A stretch of DNA of 64,000 nucleotides from Zootoca vivipara (GCF_963506605.1 NC_083288.1:33294001-33358000), one strand, 5' to 3'; positions 1 to 17,525 are shown, counted from the first letter of the stretch. Notes: generated by a model from the letters alone, not told the origin. Numbers and translations: made by a program.

Positions 1-374
1 TGATGGGGATGGAGAAGCTCCTTCAGGTATACAGCACGGAGGCCATTTAGGGCTTTAAAGGTCAGCACCAACACTTTGAATTGTGCTCAGAAATGTACTG
101 GGAGCCAATGCAGATCTCTGAGGACCGGTGTTATATGATCTCGGCGGCCACTCCCAGTCACCAGTCTAGCTACCACATTCTGGATTAATTGCAGTTTCCA
201 AGTCACCTTCAAAGGTAGCCCCACACAAAGCGCATTGCAGTAGTCCAAGCGGGAGATAACTAGAGCATGCACCACTCTGGCGAGACAGTCTGTGGGCAGG
301 TAGGGTCTCAGCCTGCATTCCAGATGGAGTTGGTAGACAGTTGCCCTGGACACAGAATTAACCTGTGCCTCCAT
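1..374 (-). mobile_element. L2-clade LINE fragment (ORF2 C-terminal region) in the protease intron
   Basis: Minus-strand translation HALVISRLDYCNAL..GLP..LQLIQN..ARLVT..DHITPVLRDLHWLPV is the typical L2/CR1-group post-RT region. Confidence 0.85.
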
Positions 375-450
375 GGTTCTTCAGGAGCACAGTAACCCCA
401 TAATAATGGTTGGCTGCACTGATCTTCCCAACAGGCTGCTTTCGACTCAC

Positions 451-619
451 CCTTCAAAGCAATGGGCAGCTGTCACCACCCACTGGGATGAGATCAGGCT
501 TCCACCGCACACATGTAGCCTGTTCCTTCGGATGCTGACGGTCCACGGCCATTCCCCTTCATCAGCTTCCTGCCACCCAATTAAACGAGCGGTGTGCTTC
601 ACTTCAGGCTGGCCGCAGT
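451..619 (-). CDS. PRSS27-like (marapsin/testisin/tryptase cluster) S1 serine protease: exon with propeptide, activation site and catalytic His; gene continues beyond the left edge
   Basis: Encodes [52 protein letters not shown] (WPW, CGGSLI and TAAHC motifs); acceptor ccctgcag (ag at 621-620), donor GG|gtgagt at 450. Confidence 0.88.
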
Positions 620-718
620 CTGCAGGGATGAACCAGGAGCAGTCAGAGGGGGAGGGAGCAAAGCTAATATTGGTGAACACCAGCCCCATGTAGCTATGGA
701 CTCACATATCCTCCTCAC

Positions 719-745
719 CTTGTTGAGCAGAATTTTTATTGGTAC
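719..745 (-). CDS. 27-nt micro-exon of the serine protease (between signal peptide and propeptide)
   Basis: ccttttgcag|GTACCAATAAAAATTCTGCTCAACAAG|gtgagg; phase 1-1 and in frame with the next exon; a short exon 2 is typical of this protease cluster. The signal-peptide exon was not located. Confidence 0.65.
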
Positions 746-858
746 CTGCAAAAGGAAAGGAGACAGGAGTCAAGAAGGCAAGGTGGGAAATTGTGAGCAT
801 TAAGGTGGAGCAGTGGTGGCTGGTCCCCATTGGGACTGATAGGGTGGGAAGCAAGAAG

Positions 859-880
859 GCCAACAGTAGGTGGCGCCAGA
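859..880 (+). promoter_or_regulatory. Candidate CTCF site
   Basis: CAACAGTAGGTGGCGCCAG resembles the CTCF core CCASYAGRKGGCRS; motif match only. Confidence 0.45.
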
Positions 881-1451
881 GCTGGCAGAGCCAACTAATT
901 TTAATTTTGCCCCCATCCTCCTCCCTACTGAGTTCTACAAGGGGCAACACCAAGACTAAAGAGGAGAAAGCTGCCAGTTAGTGCTACCTTCAGGACTAGA
1001 AACAAGGAAGGGGGAATGAGACTTTGTGCTGACTATCAGGCAAGGGCTTTTTCCACCTGGCTTGCCCCACTCCAGCTCAGGGGATGCTGGGAGCTTTCAG
1101 AATGGAGCTGCTACCACAGGCATTATGTGTGTCTTGTGATGAACAGAGTGGAAGACTATGGGTCACGGGGGTGGGGAGAGAGTGTGAGTGAATTCAAACA
1201 TGCTTAGTTCATTTTTGGTTGTTAATTTGCTAATGTTGTTAATATTGCTTTGTGGATGTTGAGTGCTGTAGTGCTTTGAATTTTATAATATGCCTTTTAT
1301 TGTGGTTGTTTAGCCTCTTTTTTTAGTTGTTTTGTTAATAGTGTTTTACAGAAGGCGGTTATTTTGCTGATTATTTGTCATTATTTACTGATGACTTGTT
1401 AATTATTTTATATGATTTATGTTGTAATTCGGATGTTCTATTATGTTATTG

Positions 1452-2011
1452 TTAATTAATTAAAAGACGCCTGCTTCTTGGGAGAAAAGCGATGATAAAC
1501 CTAGACAGCATCTCAAAAAGCAGAGACATTACCTTGTTGACAAAGATCCGTACAGTTAAAGCTATGGTTTTCCCAGTAGTGATGTATGGAAGTGAGAGCT
1601 GGACCACAAAGAAGGCTGATTGCCAGAGAATTGGTGCTTTTGAATTGTGGTGCTGGCGGAGACTCTTGAGAGTCCCACGGTCTGCAAAAAGATCAAACCT
1701 ATCCATTCTGGAGGAAATCAACCCTGAGTGCTCAATGGAAGGCCAGATTCTGAAGCTGAGGCTCAAATACTTTGGTCACCTCTTGAGAAGAGGACTTTCT
1801 GGGGGGGAAAACCTCTGATGTTGGTTAAGATTGAGGGCACAAGAAGAAGGGGACAACAGAGGACAAGCTGGTTGGACAATGTTATAGAAGCGACCAACAT
1901 GAATTTGACTAAACTCCGGGAGGCACTGGAAGACATGAGTGCCTGGCGTGCTCTGGTCCATGGGGTCACCAAGAGTCGGACACAACTAATTGACTAAACA
2001 ACAACAACAAC
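1452..2011 (+). mobile_element. BovB (RTE-clade) LINE, 5'-truncated
   Basis: Peptide SRDITLLTKIRTVKAMVFPVVMYGSESWT..AFELWCWRRLLRVP; (CAA)n tail; 12-bp TSD ATTATGTTATTG at 1440-1451 and 2012-2023. Confidence 0.92.
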
Positions 2012-2418
2012 ATTATGTTATTGATATTTATTGTTTGTAAGCCACTTTGTGACTCGTGTGAATGAAAAGTGGCATAGGAACTGAGGAAGGGAGGAGGCAG
2101 GCAGCTGGGGTTTGCTTGAGGGCAGACTGATGTGATGGATAGCCTCCATGGAGATGAGCCCACAGGAATGCCAAGCCTGGTCTATGGTGGTGTGGCCATG
2201 TGAAGAGCATGACAGAGCAAGCCACTAAAAAGCCACAAATGGCCAAAAGTAGTTACCTTGGGTAGCTTCTAACACTGCAATGAATCTGCCTCTGGGGTGT
2301 TGATAAGAAACATCTTCTGAGTTCTGTAGCACAGAAATAGGTGCACGGAGGAAATCCAAACCTCCCAAAAGACGTTGAAAGGCAGACCATGTTTTGGTCC
2401 AGCTAAGAACTAGCCACA

Positions 2419-2812
2419 CGCCGAAGAATTGATGCTTTTGAATTATGGTGCTGGAGGAGACTCTTGAGAGTTCCATGGACTGCAAGAAGATCAAACCTAT
2501 CCATTCTTAACGAAATCAGCCCTGAGTGCTCACTGGAAGGACAGATCCTGAAGCTGAGGCTCCAATACTATGGCCACCTCATGAGAAGAGAAGACTCCCT
2601 GGAAAAGACCCTGATGTTGGGAAAGATTGAGGGCACAAGGAGAAGGGGACGACAGAGGACGAGATGGTTGGACAGTGTTCTCGAAGCTACAAACATGAGT
2701 TTGACCAAACTGCGGGAGGCAGTGCAAGACAGGAGTGCCTGGCGTGCTATGGTCCATGGGGTCATGACATGAAGAGTCAGACACGACTAAACGACTAAAC
2801 AACAACAACAAC
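2419..2812 (+). mobile_element. BovB (RTE-clade) LINE, 5'-truncated
   Basis: LRVPWTARRSNLSIL..LKLRLQYYGHLMRREDSLEKTLMLGKIEG; (CAA)n tail; perfect 14-bp TSD AAGAACTAGCCACA at 2405-2418 and 2813-2826. Confidence 0.93.
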
Positions 2813-4763
2813 AAGAACTAGCCACAGGGCTGATCATACAGTACCAGAAAACAGAATTCAAGTCCTCCCACATTCCAGACTCTGGGCTCCGAATACACAA
2901 AGACATCTCTTCTCAATCACACATTTCCCCACGTTAAAATTGCCAGCCAGATTCTGGCAGGGTCCCAGTGCCTTTGATTTCTGATTGCAAGGGGTCGACA
3001 AGTGAAATCTTCCCCAATATTGCATCTCCAAGAGAAAAGCAACCCATCTGAATGTTTGCATAAGATGCAGTGGGTCTGGCAAGGGCAAAAAGTGCCCCCG
3101 GAGCAGAGAATATAGTTTAGGTATTTGGGGCCCTGGATCTCATTTCTCAAGCCCCCTTAATTCCCACCAAACTTTCATCCAATCTACTAACACAACTGCT
3201 TTAAGAGCTAGAGTCCGCACCTAGGAATCTGCATATCCCCTGGCTTCTAGGGCCTCTTGCTATGACCCACTGTCCTCTCAGTTAAAGTACCCTTGCCCTT
3301 TTGCTTCTTCCACTTTGTATCCCAACCCCAATTCCCACCACCACCACCAAGAGAATCTAGGAGTCCTGGATCATTCCTTCCCAAAAACGAGCAAAATTGG
3401 CAGCTCAGATGGGACACACAATGGCTGCCATGCCTGGGGAGGGGGAGAGAGAACAGGGGTAGCTCTCAGATTCCCAGGGGACCACACACACAAATATACA
3501 CCCCTCCTGATGCCTCACCTCTCAGCAACACGAGGAGGAGCACAATCTGGGAAGAGCAGAAACTCAGCATGGTCCGGGCAGCCCTGGATCATCCAACTCT
3601 GATGCCAACCAGAGAAGAGACTGCTGGGCTCGGCTACTTAATCCAAGCAACCTTTGCAGGATCCGTGCACCAGGGAAGGAGCACATCCAAGAGCTGGTGG
3701 TTATTGTCCCGGTGGAGTCTGCTTAGCTGTTCTTTCAGCATCTACCACCCCATTCACGATATTTATTTGCAGAAATTTCTACACCACCAATAATGAAAAA
3801 AAGTATAATGTTGGTGAACAGCATAAAACAAACAATAAAATATGACAGTAATAATACTGACCTATCTCATAGGTGGTTTTTTTTTTAGGAGAAATGAGGT
3901 ACAGTAATATAGAATTTGGGGGAATAATATAATATTTGGAGGAATGAGACAATACAGAATTTGGGGGGTGGCTTCTGATCACAGGTTGTGGTCTGCCCTG
4001 CCTTCTGTTTAGGCCAGCGAAGCACAGCCGCTGTGCTACAAAACCCAACAGGTAAATGATCTTCAGCTCTGCCTGTAGTAGCACCCAGTGTAAACTCAAC
4101 CACCATCCCATCTCCTCCCAGGCTTTATCCACATCGCATCCCTAAAGTTGTCAAGGCCCCCAGCACCCCAAAGCCTGAAGGGCAAGAGGGTGGGGCTTGT
4201 GGTGTCATGATGAGGCAGAGCCACATGATGTCACAAAGTTGTAAACCCCTGAAAGTCAAAACTCTGCTATAAGGTAACAGCAGCAGAGAATGGGGTAGAC
4301 GAATTTGTCATTTCAGTTTCTCTCCATTTTTGCTTTTCCCAGTCATTACACATTCCCTCCTCAAAAATGCACATTTCTCCTAATATTTGTATAGTTGTGC
4401 ACAATTGTTCCTAGTAGAGGCATTTTTTGCAAGCAAAACCCCCTTAACAGAATGCATTTTTGTACATTATTTTCACTAATACACACATTTTTGTATATGC
4501 ACATTCTTTTGAAGAGCTGCATCTGACTATTCAGGCAAGTGGAATTTTCAAAGGAGACAGCTGTGTTCCTATTCACATATTGGTTCAGAAACTTCAATTC
4601 ATTCATTTTTAACCTATCCTTGTTACAGGTTGCTGCTGAAACTCTTATTCCCATTCCAAGCAACTGACACACACAGGATATTAGGGAAACTTATGCCAGT
4701 TCCTTTTGGAGGGTTTACCACTGCTACTGACCCACTCATGGGGGCTATGAGGTCAATTTAGTA

Positions 4764-4813
4764 TCTGTAAGCTGCCTTGAGTCCCATCAGTGAAAAAGGT
4801 GGGGTATTAATAA

Positions 4814-4851
<38 letters not shown>

Positions 4852-4952
4852 GTTATGCCAGGTTACTGTTCAAACTGAATTGAGGATGCATAAGAGGAGG
4901 TTGGACTAGATGACCCCCAGAGTCCCTTCCAACTCTACAAGTATGTGATTCT
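4764..4952 (+). repeat. L2-type 3' end with (ATT)n microsatellite, followed by a CR1 3' tail
   Basis: tgtaagctgccttgag..(att)n, then ggttggactagatgacccc..cccttccaactcta..gattct. Confidence 0.55.
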
Positions 4953-6419
4953 TTGATCTCTTCCTGCATATTTTCTTCTGTCACACATGCAATACACTTC
5001 CTTTTGTCACCATTTCCAAGCTACTTGAATCAGGAGTGTCAACTTGGTCCCACGACTGTGGGTGCCCAGGGCCCTGGGTGCCATGCAGCGTGCATGGCCT
5101 TGGCACCGAAATTTGTGGGTGACAGGTCCCTTCATGGAGAATTTTGTGGGTGCTCGGGGCCCCGGGGCCCCAGTGAGTTGGCACTTACGACTTGAACCAC
5201 TCCCAAGTCCAATCTTTATTCCTAACAAACAAAACAATATAGCTGCTTCAAACCAAAATGGATTAAGTGTGGGTGGAGGAATGGAATGGAATGGAGTGGT
5301 GGGGCAGGACAGGGCATGGTGGCCTGAACACCCCACCCCACCTCCCACTGGTCAAATAAAATATTGATTGGACAACATAGTGCCTGCTGGCCCCTGGTGG
5401 CGAGACGTGGAGGCACATGCAGATATGCCTAGCAGCCATTTGGTCCCATTGCCCAACTTCACTGTACTGTATACTTCAAAAGAGTCAATAATTTGTACTA
5501 TTTTGGACTCTGGAAGGTGGCCTCGTGGCTATGACATCAGCCTGATGAACTCCCCCCCCCCCCCCGCTTCATATATCATTTTGCCTGATGAAGAGCTCTG
5601 CGGAACCCGAAAGCTTGCCACGCTTCTGTGGCATTTGATTTAATAATGTATTAAGATTTTAGAGGAGTGTGGTTCCTCATGGGGCAACATGGCTACTTTT
5701 GTTTGTTTGTGTTTACAGAACTTGGTTGTATTTGTATGCAGATTAACATTTTCAAAACATTTTCCCAACATTTCTCCAGGTGTTTTCAAATGTACACTTT
5801 GTTGAACCTTGAGCCCTAAATTTAGGCTCAGTACTGTGATTGGGAGCTTAAACTGGTTTGTTAAGCAGGGTCCTGTGCAGCTCCCTGGCTGGGGTTCCTC
5901 CTAGGCTAGAGGAAAAGAGGACGTTGATACTGTACATACAACACAACAGTAATAGCAATTTCCCAGTCACCCGGACAATAGGGAGAAGCAAGTGCAAATT
6001 TCACATGGGATCACAGAGCGTACATGTCAGGAAGATGGCCTTTTCCTGACCTGCAAGGTTTACACACGCAAGCTTGTGGCAAGGGGAGAGGTTGTGCACA
6101 GGTGTTAGGGAATCCTCACCTCCCTGCAGTCTTAACTGACCACACCTTGGAATAATCCCTTATCATTGCGACTCCAGTAATCTTGTCCTTTCTACCTGTA
6201 GTTGTCAGATTATGGCCACGTGTAAATGAAAGGATGCATTTTGTAAGGCATAAAAATCGCACAGGGACTCCATAGGTCTCCTCCACAAGCAGTAATGAAT
6301 GAGTAAAGGATTTGTGCAAAGAGAAGAGCCTCTTTTGTCCAGCCAGCATCCAAACTGTCAGTTGGCTGCCGTTATGAGTGAGCTATGGCCACTATAGAGT
6401 CCATGAAACACAATGCTAC

Positions 6420-7147
6420 AAAATGGTGGTCCTTCCAAGAAGCGGGGGGGGGGAGTCCTTCTCAAGATGGCAGCAGCCTCAGCCCACAGTTACATAACGA
6501 TCCTTGCACTTGACCACCTCACCCCAGTGGTCGTTGGGAGAGCCTCCCTTGGCTCAGGGGTGCGGAAACGACCTTCCTAAGATGGCTCCCGGCGATCGCC
6601 GTTTCTATCCTTCCTACGGTAGTACGGCTTGCTGTCAAGGCTTAAACAGGGTTAAAATACCAGAGATAAGGAGAGCAGAGAGACGCAGGAGCCTTGACAG
6701 ACGGATAGCATGACGGCAACCTTTGACCTCCCCCAAACTGCCGGAAGCAAGCCCCCGCGCTGCCGCCTCATAAAATGGGGCTTGGGAAGAGAGGAGAACT
6801 ACCTATGTGCGGAGAACCTTCTCAGCATGGCTGCGTTTGAGCGCGCCCTTCGCAAGATGGCGGCGATTCCTGTCATAACCCGCCTGCCTGCCCCGCCCGC
6901 ACCACCACTACTCTCCGCTCTCTCTTTTATCTCTATGGTTCCTCCTCGAGCGTCCCTTTGACTTAGTTGTCTATGGTCTTCCGCACCCAATTGAAAGCCG
7001 CCGAGCGCTCCCGAAGCGCATGCGCCGCGCCGCTCCTCCCGTCGAACCCGGCTGGGCTGTCCTGAGGTTGCGGTGCATGTTGGGATACTGGGGGTTCTGC
7101 TGCTTTTTCCTCTCTGGGGGGTCTGGGCTGAGGTTGCGGCTGCAGAG

Positions 7148-7150
<3 letters not shown>
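6420..7150 (+). promoter_or_regulatory. ELOB: ELOB CpG-island promoter and 5' UTR
   Basis: CpG-rich; YY1 CAAGATGGCGGC 6853-6864 plus further AAGATGGC motifs near 6465 and 6579; NRF1 palindrome GCGCATGCGC 7016-7025; ETS CCGGAAG near 6741. Confidence 0.75.
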
Positions 7151-12383
<5,233 letters not shown>

Positions 12384-12607
12384 GAGGCCAGATGGCGACA
12401 GAGCGAGCTGCACAACCCGTGGCACCCCTTCCCCACCACCCACTCCCTCCCTCAACCCTCCAGCGTGGAGAGAGACATGGCACTGTCCCACCCCTCCAAT
12501 CCAGATCCCCCTTTTACTCCGCCCCTCTCTATACAAGACCACACCTCCTTCCAAGCCCCTCCCCACTCATCAAACAGAGCAATGTTTTCATTTTTGGTTT
12601 TGGAAAC

Positions 12608-12613
12608 AATAAA
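12608..12613 (+). terminator. ELOB: ELOB polyadenylation signal
   Basis: AATAAA ~225 nt after the stop, followed by a U/GU-rich downstream element. Confidence 0.75.
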
Positions 12614-12939
12614 AGTTCAGCTGGTTTTTTTTTCCCCTTGTCTTGTGTTGTGGGCCTGTGCTATGAAACACAAAAAGAACCCTGTTTTCAGGGACTGGGA
12701 TCATGTCAGGACAACTAGCGAAAGTTTATGCCACACTGAATTTGTGGTGGTCTTTGAGATTCCAGCAAGCAGAGTCTTGCGAGACCTTAAAGACTGCAGG
12801 CTCCCACTCTGGAATTTGTTGTTTAAAATGCTCTTCTAAGCCCCGGGGTAAGTATATTGTCACCGAACAAATGTTAATAGCCATCTCCCATCATGCTGGT
12901 GGGAACTTGAGTCCAACAACACCTTTTTTATTATTGGAT

Positions 12940-13605
12940 TATCACAATGCACTGCCCTTGAAGATGATTCAGAAACTAAACTAGCCCAAAATACAGCAGC
13001 CAGAAACTGACTTGGGTTCTGCTTGGATCTCATATGTTGCCAGTTCATTTCTGGGGCCAATTCAAGGTGCTCACATTCATGTGTGAAGCCCTAATGCAGG
13101 CATCCCCAAACTGCGGCCCTCCAGATGTTTTGGCCTACAACTCCCCTGATCCCTAGCTAGCAGGACCAGTGGTCAGGGAAGATGGGAATTGTCTGAAACA
13201 TCTGGAGGGCCGAAGTTTGGGGATGCCTGCCCTAATGACTCAGGCCCCAGCTACATGAAAGACCACCTCCTTCCCTACAGACCCTCTCGAGTGCTAAGAG
13301 AGGCAGAGGGACCATCTTGGTAGTTCCTCTGCCCTCAAGAGGCTTGTGAAGCAGTAGCTCAGGAGAAAGCATTTTCTATGGCAGCCCTTTAGTTGCGGAA
13401 CTCCAGACACAGGCATTTATGGCACGTTTATTTTTGTTTCTGGTAACTGCAACTCTTCACCCTGGCTTTTGACATTTAAGGTGTATATTTTTAGAACCCA
13501 CCTTAATTCTGTAGTGGTAATTTGTTTTAAACTGTTTGTAGAAATGTGTTTTGATGTTGTAACCCACCTTGTGGCCCCGAGGTAAATAAAGGGTGGGAAA
13601 TAAAT
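12940..13605 (+). mobile_element. Degenerate L2 LINE 3' part, interrupted by a MITE
   Basis: Remnants of L2 C-terminal coding sequence (..aatacagcagccaga..ccagttcatttctggg..caattcaaggtgct) and an L2-type 3' end. Confidence 0.6.
13097..13229. mobile_element. hAT-type MITE
   Basis: TIRs CAGGCATCCCCAAACT / AGTTTGGGGATGCCTG; 8-bp TSD CCCTAATG at 13089-13096 and 13230-13237. Confidence 0.9.
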
Positions 13606-13698
13606 TTTGACCAAACTGCAGGAGGCAGTGGAAGACAGGAGTGCCTGGCGTGCTCTGGTCCATGGGGTCACGAAGAGTCGGACACGACTAAACAACAA
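13606..13698 (+). mobile_element. BovB 3' terminus
   Basis: Near-identical to the 3' end of the 2419-2812 copy, ending gactaaacaacaa. Confidence 0.85.
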
Positions 13699-14704
13699 AT
13701 AAATTGTAACATCTTGGCCACAAGTTCCCCATCCTTCATCTACAGTGAAACCATAAGCTGGGTAAACTGCCATAGTTCCATCATTCTCAAAGGACCTGGG
13801 AATGATGTTTTAGCAAGGGAGCTAGGCATAGCTAAGGGCTTACCTGTAATCCATCTGGTATAGCATTTAAAATTACAGTAAGCCTGCAACACACACGGAA
13901 GTTGCATTCCAATGATCCCGCCTAAACCCAAAATCACGTATAGCCAAAACACATGTGTACAATGGTAGGTAAGATTGCCAAAGTTCCCCCACCCAGACAC
14001 CCAGCCTTTTTCGGCTCCCTTTTTACTTTTCCTTGCCAAGTGCACAAAGCTAAAGATAAATGTGTGTAAGTTGCAGGGTGACACTACTTGGAGAAAGCCT
14101 TGTTTTAAGATCTTTCAGCGCGGCTAGTTCCCAAAACTTTCAAGGATATTCTTCATGGTCTTCAAGCCGCACATTTTGTTCCCCAGCCACTGGACCTTTA
14201 TTCAAAAAATTGAAATAAAACGGCAGTTTTGAAAGTGGAAGTGGACCTCTAGATGGCACTAGATTCCCATCAGCCATCCAGCATAATCAATGGTCAGGGA
14301 TGACAAGAGTTGCCATTCAACATCTGGAGGGCCCCAGATTTTTCTTCCCTAAGGGTATTGGTTTTTAATTTACTGGTCTTTTAAGATTTCACAAGGCTTT
14401 GCTGATTTTGATGGAGCAGACTAACGCAGCAAAACCCTTTGCAGCTCGTTAAAGGGTTCCTACCACAGAGCATTATTATCTCTTTGCAAGTCCATGGGGT
14501 TCCTTGTTAGTATTTCATACAGCCTCAAATTCTGTCCCATTTAACTTACCTGAATGTGTAGATCACCTCTGCACTGAGCTCCTAGCAGTGCACTAAAAGC
14601 TATTATTCTTTTTCTGATCGGGAGGCACCTTGGGGTAGCACCCCCTTTCTTTGTAGAGTATGTATGTGGAGTGCTAAAATAGCTGCAAGGTAAGAAAAGA
14701 GGCT

Positions 14705-15060
14705 GGTGACGCAGGTGGCGCTGTGGGTTAAACCACAGAGCCTAGGGCTTGCCGATCAGAAGGTCGGCGGTTCGAATCCCCACAACGGAATGAGCTCCCG
14801 TTGTTCAGTCCCAGCTCCTGCCCACCTAGCAGTTGAAAAGCACGTCAAAGTACAAGTAGATAAATAGTTACCGCTCCAATGGGAAGGTAAATGGCATTTC
14901 CTTGCGCTGTTCTGGTTCACCAGAAACGGCTTAGTCATGCTGGCCACATGACCCAGAAGCTGTACGCCGGCTCGCTCGGCCAGTAAAGCGAGATGAGTGC
15001 CGCAACCCCAGAGTCGGCCGCAACTGGACCTAACGGTCAGGGGTACCTTTACCTTTACCT
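14705..15060 (+). mobile_element. Sauria SINE, full length
   Basis: tRNA-derived head (gtggcgctgtgg..ggttcgaatcc), typical body, (ACCTTT)n tail; TSD TAAGAAA(A/G)GAGGCT at 14691-14704 and 15061-15074. Confidence 0.92.
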
Positions 15061-15236
15061 TAAGAAAGGAGGCTATTAAAAGTACCCATCTAAAGCATGG
15101 CCGGAAAGCAATCTCATCTGTGTTAGGCTCTCTCATTTCAGACCCAGCAGATTTGCAAGAATGGATTCCTATTCAAGTATATGCCATTCAATGTGCTTAA
15201 AAGAACAGCTCTTGCTTTATTTTTTTAAAAAAAATT

Positions 15237-15372
15237 CATAGAATCGTAGAGTTGGAAGGGACACAGAGGGTCATTTAGTCCAGCCCCCTGCAATGCAGGA
15301 ATCTTTTTGCCCAATGTGGGGCTGGACCCCACAACCTTGAGATCAAGAGTCTCATGCTCTACTAACTGAGTT
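15237..15372 (-). mobile_element. tRNA-Lys-derived SINE with CR1-type 3' tail
   Basis: Reverse complement ctcagttagtagagcatgagactcttgatctcaaggttgtggg..ccacattgggc resembles tRNA-Lys(CTT) and is fused to gattcctgcattgcaggggg..cccttccaactctacgattctatg. Confidence 0.8.
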
Positions 15373-16048
15373 ACAGGTGAAACTTGGAAAATGAAAAATG
15401 CATTTATTTCAGTAATGCAGCTTACTATTTTTTTTTTACAAATGCTGTCTTTTGGAAATTCCACAGTAATAAAACAAATAGTTACAATAATACAAAAATA
15501 AACATCGCTATTACATTTCATTAATTACATTCCATTTAAAATTGACCCGCCTAATGACAAATAATTACAATTACAACAAATAAAGGCTTGACATATCTTG
15601 CTTCGCATGTCATGCATCTATCTCATATATTGGTTTCACCTTTTAAGTTGCGTTACTGAAAAAAATGCACTTTTCGACGATATTCTAATTTTCCCAAGTT
15701 ACACCTGTATATTTGCACATACACTCTTTCCACATCTGGCACTGAACATCTGGAGAGAAGGATTCAGGATACTATTCGGACGGGGGTCTTTTGTGGAGCA
15801 ATTTCATGACAGAAATCTACTCCTAAACAAACATGTTAATGTGGCTGGGTAGATTGGTGGTAGCCTTAACCAACTGTCCTGTTGTCACTGAAGGTGTATA
15901 TCGGGGATGGGGAACTAGGCCACGGGTTGTTGGACTACAAATTCCATCATCCCTGACCATGATCAAGCTGGGTGGGAGCTGATGGGGCATATCTTCCCTA
16001 TCCCTAGATTATGTGTTGGGAGGCAGAGAAGAGAAGGTTTCTACAGCC

Positions 16049-16086
16049 CTCGCTTTCACTTCCAGGGCTCGCTTTCACTTCCAGGG
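16049..16086. promoter_or_regulatory. 19-bp tandem duplication; each unit carries an ETS-IRF composite element (EICE)
   Basis: (CTCGCTTTCACTTCCAGGG)x2; the reverse complement contains GGAAGTGAAA. Confidence 0.55.
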
Positions 16087-17525
16087 GGTAGAAGCCTAAG
16101 TCATACATAGGAGGAACAAACCACCAGGTGGTGTTAGAACAGTTTTAAAAGCAAAAGATGGTTGGGGAGTCATTTTGAGGCGTGCTGATCTAGAAGCTGG
16201 ATTCAAACCGCCAAGCCTTGTCAAGAACGTCAAGTTGTTATCTCTTGCCTCAGCCAACCATCCTATGACACCTCACGGACTTGTTGAAGAGATTAAAAAA
16301 TAACAACTATGTATGCTGACTGCATTAAAATAGAGGGATCAAGCAGAGGGGATAGGAGTGATTCAAAGCAGGGGACGTTGGTGAGAAATACAAACTTTGT
16401 TTTTAGATGATGTGTGTTGTTGCACACTAGCTTAAAAGAGACATTACCTGCTTCGTGAATGAAGGGAGAGTTGCCCCTTTCAAGGTGGCATTAACCAGAT
16501 CCAAGTTTTGTAACTGGTTTTTTTAATTAAAAATTGTCCAATTAAACAGGGCCATGTTGTCACTGAATTGGCAGTGTTTGTTTTTTATCAGTTGTGGCTG
16601 CAATCCTGTGCGTGCTCACCTGGGAGGAAGTCCCACAGAAATCAATGAGGCTTCCTTCGGAGTAGATTTATATAGAATTGCACTGCAAACCTTGAAGCCC
16701 CAATTCACCCTTCCTCCGAGGAGCTTAGTGCGGTGTGCATGGCTCCTCCCCCTGCCGTTTTAATCCTCGTAACAATCCTTCGAGGTAGGTGAGGCTGAGA
16801 GACGATCCCTGGCCTCTTTCTGTGAGCTTTAGGATTGACTGGGGATTTGAACTCTGGTCTCCCCAGTCTTAAGTCAATCAATAGTTCCTCCAGGGGGCCA
16901 ATGAACTACAGCTCCCATCAGCAATTACCACTGGCACTTGCTGGCTGGACTGATGGGAGTCTGTCAAAATCTGAAAATATTTTTTTTAAAAAAAAATAAT
17001 AGTAAAAAAGCAATTTTTCTTTTAAAAAAAAGAAGAAGAGAGGGGGGCTTTAATGATTGCAAGTGCAGAAGTGAAGGGTAACATTGACTCCACATGAACT
17101 GACACAAAATTAGCAAGTGCATTTTTATATTTCAAATGCCAAGTTTCTGGTTTGTAGCATCTCCGCCCGAGTTAACAAGTTCCCTTGCAGCGCTGCCGTC
17201 GGTTGGGAGACCATGTGGTTGACTTCATGCAACGAGGCATGTGGGTAGAAGACGTTGGTTTGGTTTCGAATCAACCATGTCACGGAACAGCTAAGATGGG
17301 AGAACAACGTCCCGGTTGGGTGGCAGCAGTTTACTGTAACAGTCGGTGTCTGTGCGAAGGGGAGACTCACCACAAATGGTTAGCATGGTCTGGGCCCCTG
17401 TGCTAATGTCTTTTAAAGGCACAGCTGCGTGACCAAGCTGTGTGACAAGAAGCTGCAGTCCTCGTGCGACTCTGAAATCCTTCAAGTATACATTACTGAG
17501 TTATGTATCCAGGCTTACTTGGGAG

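Noticed and set aside
702-953. Hydrophobic stretch WRHLLLAFLLPTLSV as the protease signal peptide
   Set aside because: No in-frame ATG upstream of it and no splice donor; it overlaps a CTCF-like motif
3779-4132. ORF MGWWLSLHWVLLQ.. as protease exon 1
   Set aside because: No convincing phase-1 donor and poor signal-peptide composition
15300-15372. tRNA-Lys-like sequence
   Set aside because: Degenerate and fused to a CR1-type tail, so a SINE head rather than a functional tRNA gene
15424-15850. Possible L1/Tx1 3' end with poly(A) on the minus strand
   Set aside because: No diagnostic motif that I can confirm without a repeat library
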